Assembly (NCBI GenBank): GCA_018831025.1
Contig: JAHJRB010000059.1
Location: 1-43,812, forward strand
Reading direction: 5' to 3'
Source: Nanobdellota archaeon
GTDB taxonomy: Archaea > Nanobdellota > Nanobdellia > SCGC-AAA011-G17 > ARS1403
DNA length: 43,812 bases
This document shows, piece after piece, positions 17,567 to 25,681 of this stretch. The position numbers were made by a program, and so were the translations under genes. The notes below the pieces were generated by a model. The model had not been told where the DNA came from. It saw nothing but the letters and a program-made list of their open reading frames with translations, and searched no databases. Every line of letters begins with the position of its first letter. The stretch's first letter is position 1.

Positions 17567-18907
17567 TTACATTCCGGGTAATTTAAACTTCTTCATTAAT
17601 TTACTTGGATCTTTTCCTTTCATCATCTTCATCATCTTTTTTACGGTTTTATGTTGTTTGATTAAATCTCTAATCTCTGAACCTTGAATTCCTGAACCTT
17701 TAGAAATTCTATTGATTCTCTCTGTAGACATAACTTCATCCGGGCGCTCTAATTCTTCTTTAGTCATTGAGTTCATCGCTATACGCCATTTTTTTAATTT
17801 TCCTTCTTGAACTTGTAAGGCATCTTTAGGTAATTTTAATTGGGAAAATCCTGGAATCATTTCCATTACTTTTGAAATTGGACCCATTTTTTTCATAGCT
17901 TCCATTTGTTCGTACAAGTCTAGTAAATTAAATTCTCCTTTTAGGAATTTTTTTCCTAGATCTTTAGCTTCTTCATCTGAAATGGCTTCTTTCGCTTTTT
18001 CTAATAATGTTTCTAGGTCTCCCATTCCAAGTAATCTTGAAACAAAACGTTCAGGAATATAGGGTTCTAAATCCTCTGGTTTTTCTCCAGTACCTAAAAA
18101 TTTAATTTTAGCTCCTGTAGAAGCTGCTCCAACGAGTGCACCTCCTCCCTTAGCTGTGCCGTCCATCTTTGTAACTACAATACTAGTAATGTTACATGCT
18201 TTTTTGAATGCTTCAGCTTGATTTTTTAAATCTTGTCCTATATCTGCAGAGAATACTAAAACAGTTTCATCTGGATTGATTTCTTTTTTTAAAGATTCTA
18301 TTTCTTGTATTAAATCATCTGATAAAGCGTCTCTTCCTGCGGTATCTATAATTAAAATATCATATTTTTTGTATTCTTTTTCAAATTGTTTGTAAATTTT
18401 AATAGGATCTTTTTCTTCTGGATTAATAAAACAAGGAATGTTAATTTGTTTACTTAGCTGTTGGAGTTGTTCTGGTGCTGAGGGTCTATGTACATCTAAG
18501 CCTAAAGTTGCAACCTTATAATTTCTTTTTGAGTAATACTTCGCTAATTTTTGTGCTAAAGTTGTTTTTCCATTTCCGAACAAACCAACCATCATAATCT
18601 TGAATGGTTTTTTTCTTTCAATTTTTATTTCAGACTTTTCTTTTCCTAAAAAATTAACTAGCTCTTCATAAACAATTTTTATAAGGAATTCTTTTTGGGA
18701 TATTGTTTTTGGTGGTTTTTCTTCTAAAGCTCTTTGTTTTATTTTTTCAGTTAAGTCAAATACTAGTTGAACGTCAACATCTGCAGAAAGTAAAGATCTT
18801 TGTAAATCTTTAACTAAATCTTCAATTACACGCTTGTCTACAAAAATAGATTTAGTAATTTTCCTTAAAGATTCTTTTAATTTTTCGCTTAAGCTTTCTA
18901 AAACCAT
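17567..18907 (-). CDS. srp54: signal recognition particle protein SRP54
   Basis: 446 aa. N, G and M domains; GLFGNGKTT P-loop, DTAGR, TKMDG, and a Met-rich C-terminus (MKKMGP...MMKMMKG). Confidence 0.95.
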   Translation of the reverse strand: MVLESLSEKLKESLRKITKSIFVDKRVIEDLVKDLQRSLLSADVDVQLVFDLTEKIKQRALEEKPPKTISQKEFLIKIVYEELVNFLGKEKSEIKIERKKPFKIMMVGLFGNGKTTLAQKLAKYYSKRNYKVATLGLDVHRPSAPEQLQQLSKQINIPCFINPEEKDPIKIYKQFEKEYKKYDILIIDTAGRDALSDDLIQEIESLKKEINPDETVLVFSADIGQDLKNQAEAFKKACNITSIVVTKMDGTAKGGGALVGAASTGAKIKFLGTGEKPEDLEPYIPERFVSRLLGMGDLETLLEKAKEAISDEEAKDLGKKFLKGEFNLLDLYEQMEAMKKMGPISKVMEMIPGFSQLKLPKDALQVQEGKLKKWRIAMNSMTKEELERPDEVMSTERINRISKGSGIQGSEIRDLIKQHKTVKKMMKMMKGKDPSKLMKKFKLPGM

Positions 18908-18908
18908 T

Positions 18909-19973
18909 TTAATCTAACCCCAACCTTTTTAGGAATTTATCAATATCAAATTCCTCTAAATCATCCATTTTTTGTCCTATGCCTAAATAAAGAATTGGTT
19001 TTTTTCCTATATACGTTGCTGATAACATTGAACCCCCTTTTTCATTTGTGTCCACCTTAGTTAATATGATCCCATCTACATCTATTATATTATCAAATTC
19101 CCTCATTTGTTCTACAATATCTGAACCTGTTAAAGAGTCTAAAATAAGAATAGTTAAATCTGGATTATTTACTCTTGCTATCTTTTTAAGTTCATCCATC
19201 AAATTTTGATTATTATGGATCCTTCCTGAAGTATCTGCTATCACTACATCAAATTCTTTATTTTTAGCGTGTTTAATAGCATCAAAAATTACTGAGCAGC
19301 TGTCTTTTGTGTTTGGATTATGGATAACAGGAACATCAATCATTTTACCATATTCCACTAATTGAATTGCACCTGCAGCCCTATAAGTATCTGCTGCTGC
19401 TAATAAAGGGCTAAAGCTGTATTTTTTTAATTTTTTTGCTAATTTTGCACAAGTTATAGATTTACCGGAACCATTATATCCAATAACCATTATCACATAG
19501 GGTCTTTTTTCTTTACTTGTTTTCTTTATAGATCCTACTAAGTTTATTTCTTCTAGGTTTAATATTTTTCTAATTGATTTCTTAAGAGAGTCTTTTATTT
19601 GCTCTTCAATATTTTTTCTGGATAATGGCTTTGAGGTTAAATCCTGTTTTAAATCCTGTTTTATTTTTTCTACAACTTCAAAAGCTACATTATTTTCTAA
19701 TAAAGCTAACTCTAATGGTTGAAATAATTCTTCGAATTTTTCTTCAGAAATACGTTTTGTTGTTACTTTTTCAGCAACTTTCTTGAAAAAACCTTTTTCC
19801 TGGATTTCTTCATGAAGTTTTTCTTTTTTTATTTCTTCTTCAACTTCTTTTTTCTTCTCTTTTATCTTTTCTTTAGGTGCGGTTAATACTTCTACTTCAG
19901 TTTCTTCTTTTTTAAGTTTTTCACTAACTGCATCAACTGCTTTCTTTATCTTGTCTTTTAAGAAATTAAACAT
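18909..19973 (-). CDS. ftsY: SRP receptor FtsY
   Basis: 354 aa. K/E-rich N-terminus followed by an NG domain (GYNGSGKS, DTSGR, TKVD). Confidence 0.9.
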   Translation of the reverse strand: MFNFLKDKIKKAVDAVSEKLKKEETEVEVLTAPKEKIKEKKKEVEEEIKKEKLHEEIQEKGFFKKVAEKVTTKRISEEKFEELFQPLELALLENNVAFEVVEKIKQDLKQDLTSKPLSRKNIEEQIKDSLKKSIRKILNLEEINLVGSIKKTSKEKRPYVIMVIGYNGSGKSITCAKLAKKLKKYSFSPLLAAADTYRAAGAIQLVEYGKMIDVPVIHNPNTKDSCSVIFDAIKHAKNKEFDVVIADTSGRIHNNQNLMDELKKIARVNNPDLTILILDSLTGSDIVEQMREFDNIIDVDGIILTKVDTNEKGGSMLSATYIGKKPILYLGIGQKMDDLEEFDIDKFLKRLGLD

Positions 19974-20598
19974 CTTCTTTTTGTTTTTTTTCTTCTTTTA
20001 AATTTGAAGATATGGGACCTATATCTGAGCCAGGCATTTTTGGCATTTCTTCTGAAGGAACTTCACTCGGACATGGATCTTCTATTTCTGGTAATTGTTT
20101 TAAGGCTTCTTCTTCTAATTGTTTTGTTATTTTATCCTTATTTGTGTCAAAATACTGGAAAAATTTTGGTGTAAGCTTTATTGTTTTGCTTAATCCTGTT
20201 GGTGTGGTTGATACGAAATCATTTTCCACTAAGGTTTTCATATGCTCGTAGGTCTTATTTCCGCGTATTTTAACTACATCAGATTGTAAAACAGGATGTT
20301 TCCAAGCAATTATGGCTAAGGTTTCTAAAGTGGATTTGTCTAATTCGGTAATTGGCATTAAATCCCTTACTAGATGCATATGCTCTCCTTTAATGTTCAT
20401 TCTGAATTTATTACTATCTTCTATAATTTCTAATGCAGAATTTTTTTCAGAGTATTCTTTTTTAAGCTCTGTTAATGCATTTTTAACCATTCCAGTAGAA
20501 CCTAAACTAAGCATTTCAGCTATTTGCTGGGTATCTAAAGGACGACCTACTGTAAAAAGGATAGCTTCTATTTGTTTTTTATATTCTTCTAAGTTCAT
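19966..20598 (-). CDS. scpB: segregation and condensation protein B (ScpB)
   Basis: 210 aa. QIEAILFTVGRPL start and two winged-helix repeats, plus an acidic/Pro-rich tail. Confidence 0.7.
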   Translation of the reverse strand: MNLEEYKKQIEAILFTVGRPLDTQQIAEMLSLGSTGMVKNALTELKKEYSEKNSALEIIEDSNKFRMNIKGEHMHLVRDLMPITELDKSTLETLAIIAWKHPVLQSDVVKIRGNKTYEHMKTLVENDFVSTTPTGLSKTIKLTPKFFQYFDTNKDKITKQLEEEALKQLPEIEDPCPSEVPSEEMPKMPGSDIGPISSNLKEEKKQKEDV

Positions 20599-20656
20599 AA
20601 GACAAGGAGAAGAAAGGGTAGTTTTTAAATATTATCTTTATTTCTTAACTAATCAT

Positions 20657-20703
20657 AATCTTATCCGACACATCCATACCCGCGCAGGATTTATAAATAA
20701 AAG
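20657..20703 (+). promoter_or_regulatory. conserved GC-rich element + TATA box, copy A
   Basis: AATCTTATCCGACACATCCATACCCGCGCAGGATTTATAAATAAAAG. It is near-identical to the reverse complement of 26457-26505. The TATA (TTTATAAATA) lies about 30 nt upstream of GGGCAGG at 20723. Confidence 0.45.
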
Positions 20704-20721
20704 ATTTTTATATAATATAAT

Positions 20722-20840
20722 AGGGCAGGAACTGTCCGAATTTAAGCTTGTAGAGGTTGCTCTGACAGCGGAACCTAATAATTTAGGGTCTACGAGTTAT
20801 CAATTAATGAAGCAGGAAGCTTAGAGATAAGTAGTTCACA
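20722..20840 (+). ncRNA. candidate small structured RNA of unknown class
   Basis: Intergenic region with no ORF and clearly higher GC than its surroundings. It is preceded by the element/TATA above. Hairpins visible by eye: GGTTGC-TCTGACA-GC(GG)AACC, CCTAA-TAAT-TTAGG and GTAGA...TCTAC; two AAGCTT palindromes could close the molecule. The ends are guesses. Confidence 0.3.
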
Positions 20841-20844
20841 AAGT

Positions 20845-21042
20845 TTACTTAGTTGCCAGCCTTAAATCGGCTGGTTTTATTGTTTTTCTTCCGCCGTGCT
20901 GGGCTAATTCCCATGCTTTTTTTCCTAAAGATTCGGCGTGATTTTCTAAAAGTTCTTTTAAAGTTGTTTTAGCTTCTTCGCTAACTCTTTCAGCACCTGC
21001 TTTTTTCAATAAACGTTCCATTGCTGCTAATGGTAATGACAT
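20845..21042 (-). CDS. archaeal histone (HMf family)
   Basis: 65 aa. LPLAAMERLLKKAGAERVSEEA...HGGRKTIKPADLRLA is the canonical archaeal histone fold. Confidence 0.9.
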   Translation of the reverse strand: MSLPLAAMERLLKKAGAERVSEEAKTTLKELLENHAESLGKKAWELAQHGGRKTIKPADLRLATK

Positions 21043-21082
21043 AAAATAGAATAATATGAACTTATTTTTAAGTTTTTAGGTA

Positions 21083-22183
21083 TTATTTTATTGCATATCT
21101 CAAAATAGCCCCTATTCCGCCCAGGCTTTTTAATTGCATGCCTTCTTGTGTGTCTGTTGAGACTATTTCTGTGCTGGAACCAAATTGAGAAGCTAAGGTT
21201 TCTAATTTTTCTGCTAATTTATCCTCTATGTCTTCTGATAATATTAATGTATCTACCACTCCATTGTTAAGGGCTTTCACAGTTTCTGTTTCTCCATAAA
21301 CTATTTTTCCTGGTTCTTTTCCCAAGGTTTCAAAGAATTTTTTTAATATCTCTAATTCTTTTGTGCGTGCTTGTTGGGAGATAAATTCTTTTGATTTATC
21401 AACTAAGTCTTGCAAGCCAAATTCATCTGTGTAAGTAATATCTGCTATTCCTAAAATTTTTGGTTTAATTTCATTATTTAAATAATCACCATCAACAAAT
21501 TCATGTTTTGTTGGTCCTGGACCGCCTACTAACAAGCCTTTTAATTGCTTATTTCCTAAAAACTCTTTATTAGCAACAGCTGCGATACGTTTATAGAATT
21601 CGTGAGCTGCTTCTTCTCTTAGTCTTGCAAAGCGTTGAGCACTTTGACCGCCAGTTTTATATTTTCCTGGAACTCCTGAAGTTAAATTAGCTAATGTTAT
21701 TATTGCGCTTCCTTTTAACAATCCAATTGTAGATTCTCTTTTATCTAAAACTATTAATCCAAAGACATCTGTATGCTCTAATTGCTCTTCAAGCGGTTCT
21801 AATAAAAATGTTTGATCACATCTATAAACTCTGGTTCTTACGGGTTGAGGAGGTTCGATTGAGAAAACTTCAATAGTGGTTTTACTTTCACTTTCTGAAA
21901 GATTTCCGGCGAAAGCAGCTAAACCATTTTCAGGTGTTGCTTTGTATAATCTTAAATGCCTGATTAATCTTTCTAAAGAATCTTGGACATGAGTTCTTGT
22001 CTTTTTATCTTTGATGTTAGAAGCAGTACCTTGTTCTTGTTCTAACTGCTGTATAACCTTAATTAATTCAGTGCCTTGAGGAATATAAACAGAAACTAAT
22101 TCAGTATGACGACCGCGTATGTTCTTTAAATGATTAATGAAATGCTTTAATTTATACTTCTTTTTGCTATCTAATTCTTCCAT
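21083..22183 (-). CDS. prf1: peptide chain release factor aRF1
   Basis: 366 aa. GGQ motif (KYKTGGQSAQRFARLREE) and the NIKS-region TASNIKD. It is shorter than the ~410 aa I remember for aRF1. Confidence 0.85.
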   Translation of the reverse strand: MEELDSKKKYKLKHFINHLKNIRGRHTELVSVYIPQGTELIKVIQQLEQEQGTASNIKDKKTRTHVQDSLERLIRHLRLYKATPENGLAAFAGNLSESESKTTIEVFSIEPPQPVRTRVYRCDQTFLLEPLEEQLEHTDVFGLIVLDKRESTIGLLKGSAIITLANLTSGVPGKYKTGGQSAQRFARLREEAAHEFYKRIAAVANKEFLGNKQLKGLLVGGPGPTKHEFVDGDYLNNEIKPKILGIADITYTDEFGLQDLVDKSKEFISQQARTKELEILKKFFETLGKEPGKIVYGETETVKALNNGVVDTLILSEDIEDKLAEKLETLASQFGSSTEIVSTDTQEGMQLKSLGGIGAILRYAIK

Positions 22184-22193
22184 TTTTTACCTG

Positions 22194-24557
22194 CTAGAAA
22201 TCTACTCTGAATTTATGTCCAAATTTCATTTCTTTTGTATTAGTAACTGACTTTATATCAGGTAAGAATTCAGAGTTTTTAAACTTATTTGGTAGTGTTA
22301 AGATGATTTCTTCTTTAAGTGGTTTGTGATGAGAGGTCTTAAATTGTCTTACTTTGGAAATTATCTCTATTAACTCATCTCCAACTTTTTCTAATTTTGT
22401 GTCTACTTTATCTATTTTTGGCCAAGAAGAGAGATGAATGCTCTTTGTTTTTTCATGTTTTTTAAAATATAACTGATAAAGCTCTTCTGTTATATGTGGC
22501 ATTACAGGCGCGAATAGTTTCAATATAGTTAATAATGAAGTGTATAAAACAAACTGAGCAGATGCTTTCTCCTGTTTATTTCCATTGTAGAGTCTATTTT
22601 TTATAATTTCCAAATAATTGTCGCAGAATGTATGCCAGAAGAAATTTTCTGTTTCTGATTTTGTTTTAAAGTACTCATAATTTTCAAAAGCTTCTGTACA
22701 TGTTTTGATTAGATTATTTAATTTAGATAATTGCCAGGTGTCAAAGGGTTGAAGTTTAATTTTTTTAGGTTTGTAGTTATTTAAATGCATTAATGCAAAC
22801 TTGTAAGCATTAAATAATTTAGTCATGGTTTTTTGTCCAGAGACCAATTCTTTTTCCTGGAAAGGAATGTCTTCCCCTAATTTAGATGAAGCTGCCCAAA
22901 ATCTTAATGCATCTGCTGAATATTTCTGAATCATTTCCTGCGGTTCTATAACATTGCCCTTACTTTTTGACATTTTTTTACCATGGGGATCTAAAACCCA
23001 ACCAGAGATAACTACATCTTTCCATGGATTTTTTTTATTATGTAAATAAGATTTTACTACTGTATTGAATAACCAAAATGAAATAATATCATGAGCTTGA
23101 GGTCTTAATGACATCGGATAAATTTTATCATAAAGTTTTGGATGTAAGGAAGCTACTATTTGCGGAGTTAATGAAGAAGTTGCCCATGTGTCTAAAACAT
23201 CACTTTCAGGTTCAAAAGATTTTGAACCACATTTAGGACAAGATTTTAAGGGGGAATCTTTTAATGGATCTACGGGCAATTGTTTTTTATCTGCTATTAT
23301 AATTTCTTTACATTTAGAACAATACCAAACCGGAAACGGAATTCCGAAGAATCTTTGTCTGGAGATACACCAATCATACTTAAGACCTTTAACCCAGTTA
23401 TCATATCTATTACGCATATGAGCGGGGTACCAGTTTAATTTTTTACCAAAAGTTAGGAATTGTTTTTTAAGATCTAAGTAATGGATAAACCATTGGTCTG
23501 TCATTAAAATTTCAATTTCAGCTCCACAACGTTCATGGGTATTAACTACGTGGGTTATTGGTTCTATTTTTTCTACTCTTCCTGCTGTTTTTAAATCCTC
23601 AATGATTGCTTTTCTTGCTTCTTTTGTTGAAAGTCCTCCATACTTTCCTGCCTTTTCATTTAAGGTTCCGTCCTTGTTTAAAATTTCAATTGTTTTTATT
23701 TTAAATTTTGAAATCCATTCTGCATCTTCCATACCTCCGAAAGTACAATGATATACAACTCCGGATCCAAATTCTTGGTCAACATCTTTGTTTGCGTAAA
23801 TTTTAACTTCTCTATTAAAAAAAGGAATTGTTGCTTTAGCTCCTATGAATTTTTTATAACGTTTATCATCGGGATGAACATGAACTGCTACGCAAGCAGG
23901 CATTAATTCTGGACGAGTTGTTGCTATTATTAATTGGGCTCCGATGTTTGTATCGAATTTCATATAAACAAATTCTGAATTAGTTGTTTTGTCTTCTAAT
24001 TCTACTTGAGCTATTGCGGTTTGACATTCAGGACACCACATAAATGGAGTTCTTTTTCTATATTCTCTTTTTAGGTCATATAAATCTATAAAAGATTCTT
24101 GGGAAATTTTTTGACAATGCTCGTTTATAGTTGTATAAGAAAGATCCCAATCACAACTCATACCGATACTTTTCCAATCAACTAAATATTTTGGTCTTAA
24201 TTCTTCCTTTAAAGTTTTTAGACAGAGTTTAATGAACTCCGGTCTAGGCATTTTATTTGCTTTTACATTTTTTTCTTTTTCTATTAAACGTTCAGTTGGT
24301 AATCCATTATCATCTGTTCCAAAAGGGTAGAAAACATTTAACCCTTGCATTCTTTTATATCTGACAATCATATCTTGTTGAGTGTAGCTACATGCGTGAC
24401 CTAAATGCATTTTTCCAGAAACAGTAGGCGGAGGAGTATCTATTGAATATATTTTATTCTTGGATTTTGGATTAAATTTGTAAACTTTATTTTTTTCCCA
24501 AAATTTTTGTATTTTTTCTTCAGTTTCCTTAGGATTGTAATGTTTTGGTAATCGCAT
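22194..24557 (-). CDS. valS: class Ia aminoacyl-tRNA synthetase, most likely valine--tRNA ligase
   Basis: 787 aa. HIGH-type PPPTVSGKMHLGHA, WCISRQRFFGIPFPVWYC, DTWATSS and KMSKSKGNVI. ValRS versus IleRS cannot be fully separated by eye. Confidence 0.65.
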   Translation of the reverse strand: MRLPKHYNPKETEEKIQKFWEKNKVYKFNPKSKNKIYSIDTPPPTVSGKMHLGHACSYTQQDMIVRYKRMQGLNVFYPFGTDDNGLPTERLIEKEKNVKANKMPRPEFIKLCLKTLKEELRPKYLVDWKSIGMSCDWDLSYTTINEHCQKISQESFIDLYDLKREYRKRTPFMWCPECQTAIAQVELEDKTTNSEFVYMKFDTNIGAQLIIATTRPELMPACVAVHVHPDDKRYKKFIGAKATIPFFNREVKIYANKDVDQEFGSGVVYHCTFGGMEDAEWISKFKIKTIEILNKDGTLNEKAGKYGGLSTKEARKAIIEDLKTAGRVEKIEPITHVVNTHERCGAEIEILMTDQWFIHYLDLKKQFLTFGKKLNWYPAHMRNRYDNWVKGLKYDWCISRQRFFGIPFPVWYCSKCKEIIIADKKQLPVDPLKDSPLKSCPKCGSKSFEPESDVLDTWATSSLTPQIVASLHPKLYDKIYPMSLRPQAHDIISFWLFNTVVKSYLHNKKNPWKDVVISGWVLDPHGKKMSKSKGNVIEPQEMIQKYSADALRFWAASSKLGEDIPFQEKELVSGQKTMTKLFNAYKFALMHLNNYKPKKIKLQPFDTWQLSKLNNLIKTCTEAFENYEYFKTKSETENFFWHTFCDNYLEIIKNRLYNGNKQEKASAQFVLYTSLLTILKLFAPVMPHITEELYQLYFKKHEKTKSIHLSSWPKIDKVDTKLEKVGDELIEIISKVRQFKTSHHKPLKEEIILTLPNKFKNSEFLPDIKSVTNTKEMKFGHKFRVDF

Positions 24558-24591
24558 CTGAATAGGTATAGAAGATTATTGTTTATAAATA

Positions 24592-25377
24592 TTAGTATTG
24601 ATTTAGAGATTTTTGTCTTAGTGTAACTGACTTAGATAAAGGGTTTATCATTAATCCGTCTTTTGCTGCTAAGGTTTGGATTTCTGTTTCTTTTTGTATT
24701 AACCTAGCTTCATATAATGGATTAGCTTCTAACATTTTAGTTGAGAAATGTGTTATTATTGCTAAACTCGGTTTTATTTCTTTTAGAATTTTTATTGTGT
24801 CGTTTGTTGTTAAATTATCCGTGTCTTTTTTTATTATCTGGGGGAAGACATTATTTAATATTAATATATCTGAGTTTTTATATTGCGGAATTAAATCTTT
24901 TGAGAATGCTGTATCTGAGGTGTAAGATATGGTTAAATCCGGAGTAGTAAATTTTAAACCTACTGCAGTAGAATCGTTATGTTTTGTTTGTAAAGTTCGT
25001 ACTGTAACTTCATCAAAATCTTTTGTTTGTTTTGGTCCTAATGAAAAAAATTCATTTAGATAATGTTTTAGAAATTTTTCCTGAGACAATGAATGGGAAA
25101 TTAGTAATGTTCCTGTTTTGTCCAACCCCGCATAAGTCATTGCGTTTATTACTGCATTTACATCATGAAAGTGGTTTAAATGAGCATGGGTTGAGATAAC
25201 AACATTGTTTTCTTTTAGATTAATACTTGCTTCTCTTGCTGAAACTAAAGCTCCGGGTCCTGGGTCTATATGAAATTGTTTATCATTAAATTTTAAGATG
25301 ATTCCTCCTGCAGATCTTAGTTGCTGATAAGAGGCATTATTACCTGCAGTTCCTAAAAATACTATTTTATAGTTCAT
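24592..25377 (-). CDS. metallo-beta-lactamase-fold hydrolase
   Basis: 261 aa. ISTHAHLNHFHD is an HxHxDH-type motif with N in place of D. Later H/D residues are consistent with an MBL fold. Confidence 0.65.
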   Translation of the reverse strand: MNYKIVFLGTAGNNASYQQLRSAGGIILKFNDKQFHIDPGPGALVSAREASINLKENNVVISTHAHLNHFHDVNAVINAMTYAGLDKTGTLLISHSLSQEKFLKHYLNEFFSLGPKQTKDFDEVTVRTLQTKHNDSTAVGLKFTTPDLTISYTSDTAFSKDLIPQYKNSDILILNNVFPQIIKKDTDNLTTNDTIKILKEIKPSLAIITHFSTKMLEANPLYEARLIQKETEIQTLAAKDGLMINPLSKSVTLRQKSLNQY

Positions 25378-25484
25378 GTACTCTTTAAATATATTAGATT
25401 CTTATAAGGATTATGATGGTAGAATTCATATATAGAAATATTTAAATAAAGACTTTTTGTAATCTTACTAAGGTTGAGCACAAT

Positions 25485-25681
25485 GGGGATTTTAAAGTTT
25501 AATACTTTGAGACCATATACGTAGCTCAGCCTGAACTTTGAAAAAAGTGGCTAAGGAGAGCACTAGACACAGCTTCAGATGCAAGCTTGAGTGATACTGA
25601 AGTCTCAGGCAGAAATCTAGGTGTCCGGAGAAAAGATAAATTAAAGAAAATCTTTCCGGGATTCAAATCTCCGCGTCCCCA
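25485..25681 (+). tRNA. tRNA-Phe(GAA) interrupted by five BHB introns
   Basis: Exons join to GGGGACG TA GCTC AGCCTGGGA GAGC A CTAGA CTGAAGA TCTAG GTGTC CGGAG TTCAAAT CTCCG CGTCCCC A (74 nt). All stems are Watson-Crick, with G18G19G20, U33, G37, G53:C61 and A73 in place. Introns are 25489-25518 (30 nt, position 4/5), 25534-25554 (21 nt, D-loop 18/19), 25567-25595 (29 nt, 30/31), 25603-25614 (12 nt, 37/38) and 25631-25661 (31 nt, 53/54). 74 + 123 = 197 nt, exactly the observed span. Each junction sits in a 4-bp helix flanked by two 3-nt bulges (details in findings). A TATA-like TTTAAATAAA lies at 25441-25450. Confidence 0.85.

Noticed and set aside
20722-20840. SRP (7S) RNA, suggested by proximity to srp54/ftsY
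   Set aside because: The segment is too short (~120 nt against ~300 nt for archaeal SRP RNA). I could not find the helix-8 AGG...GNAR...AGCA arrangement. GAAGCAGG alone is not enough. It is kept only as an unclassified ncRNA candidate.
25568-25615. Alternative reading of the tRNA-Phe anticodon region as tRNA-Cys(GCA), using stem TTCAG/CTGAA with loop ATGCAA..A, or as a C/D-box RNA inside the intron
   Set aside because: It would leave 11 and 19 unexplained nucleotides on either side of the stem. It conflicts with discriminator A73. It has no BHB. The Phe solution explains every nucleotide with BHB-compliant junctions. The GTGATAC/CTGA elements are adjacent, with no guide spacing, so a C/D RNA is unlikely.
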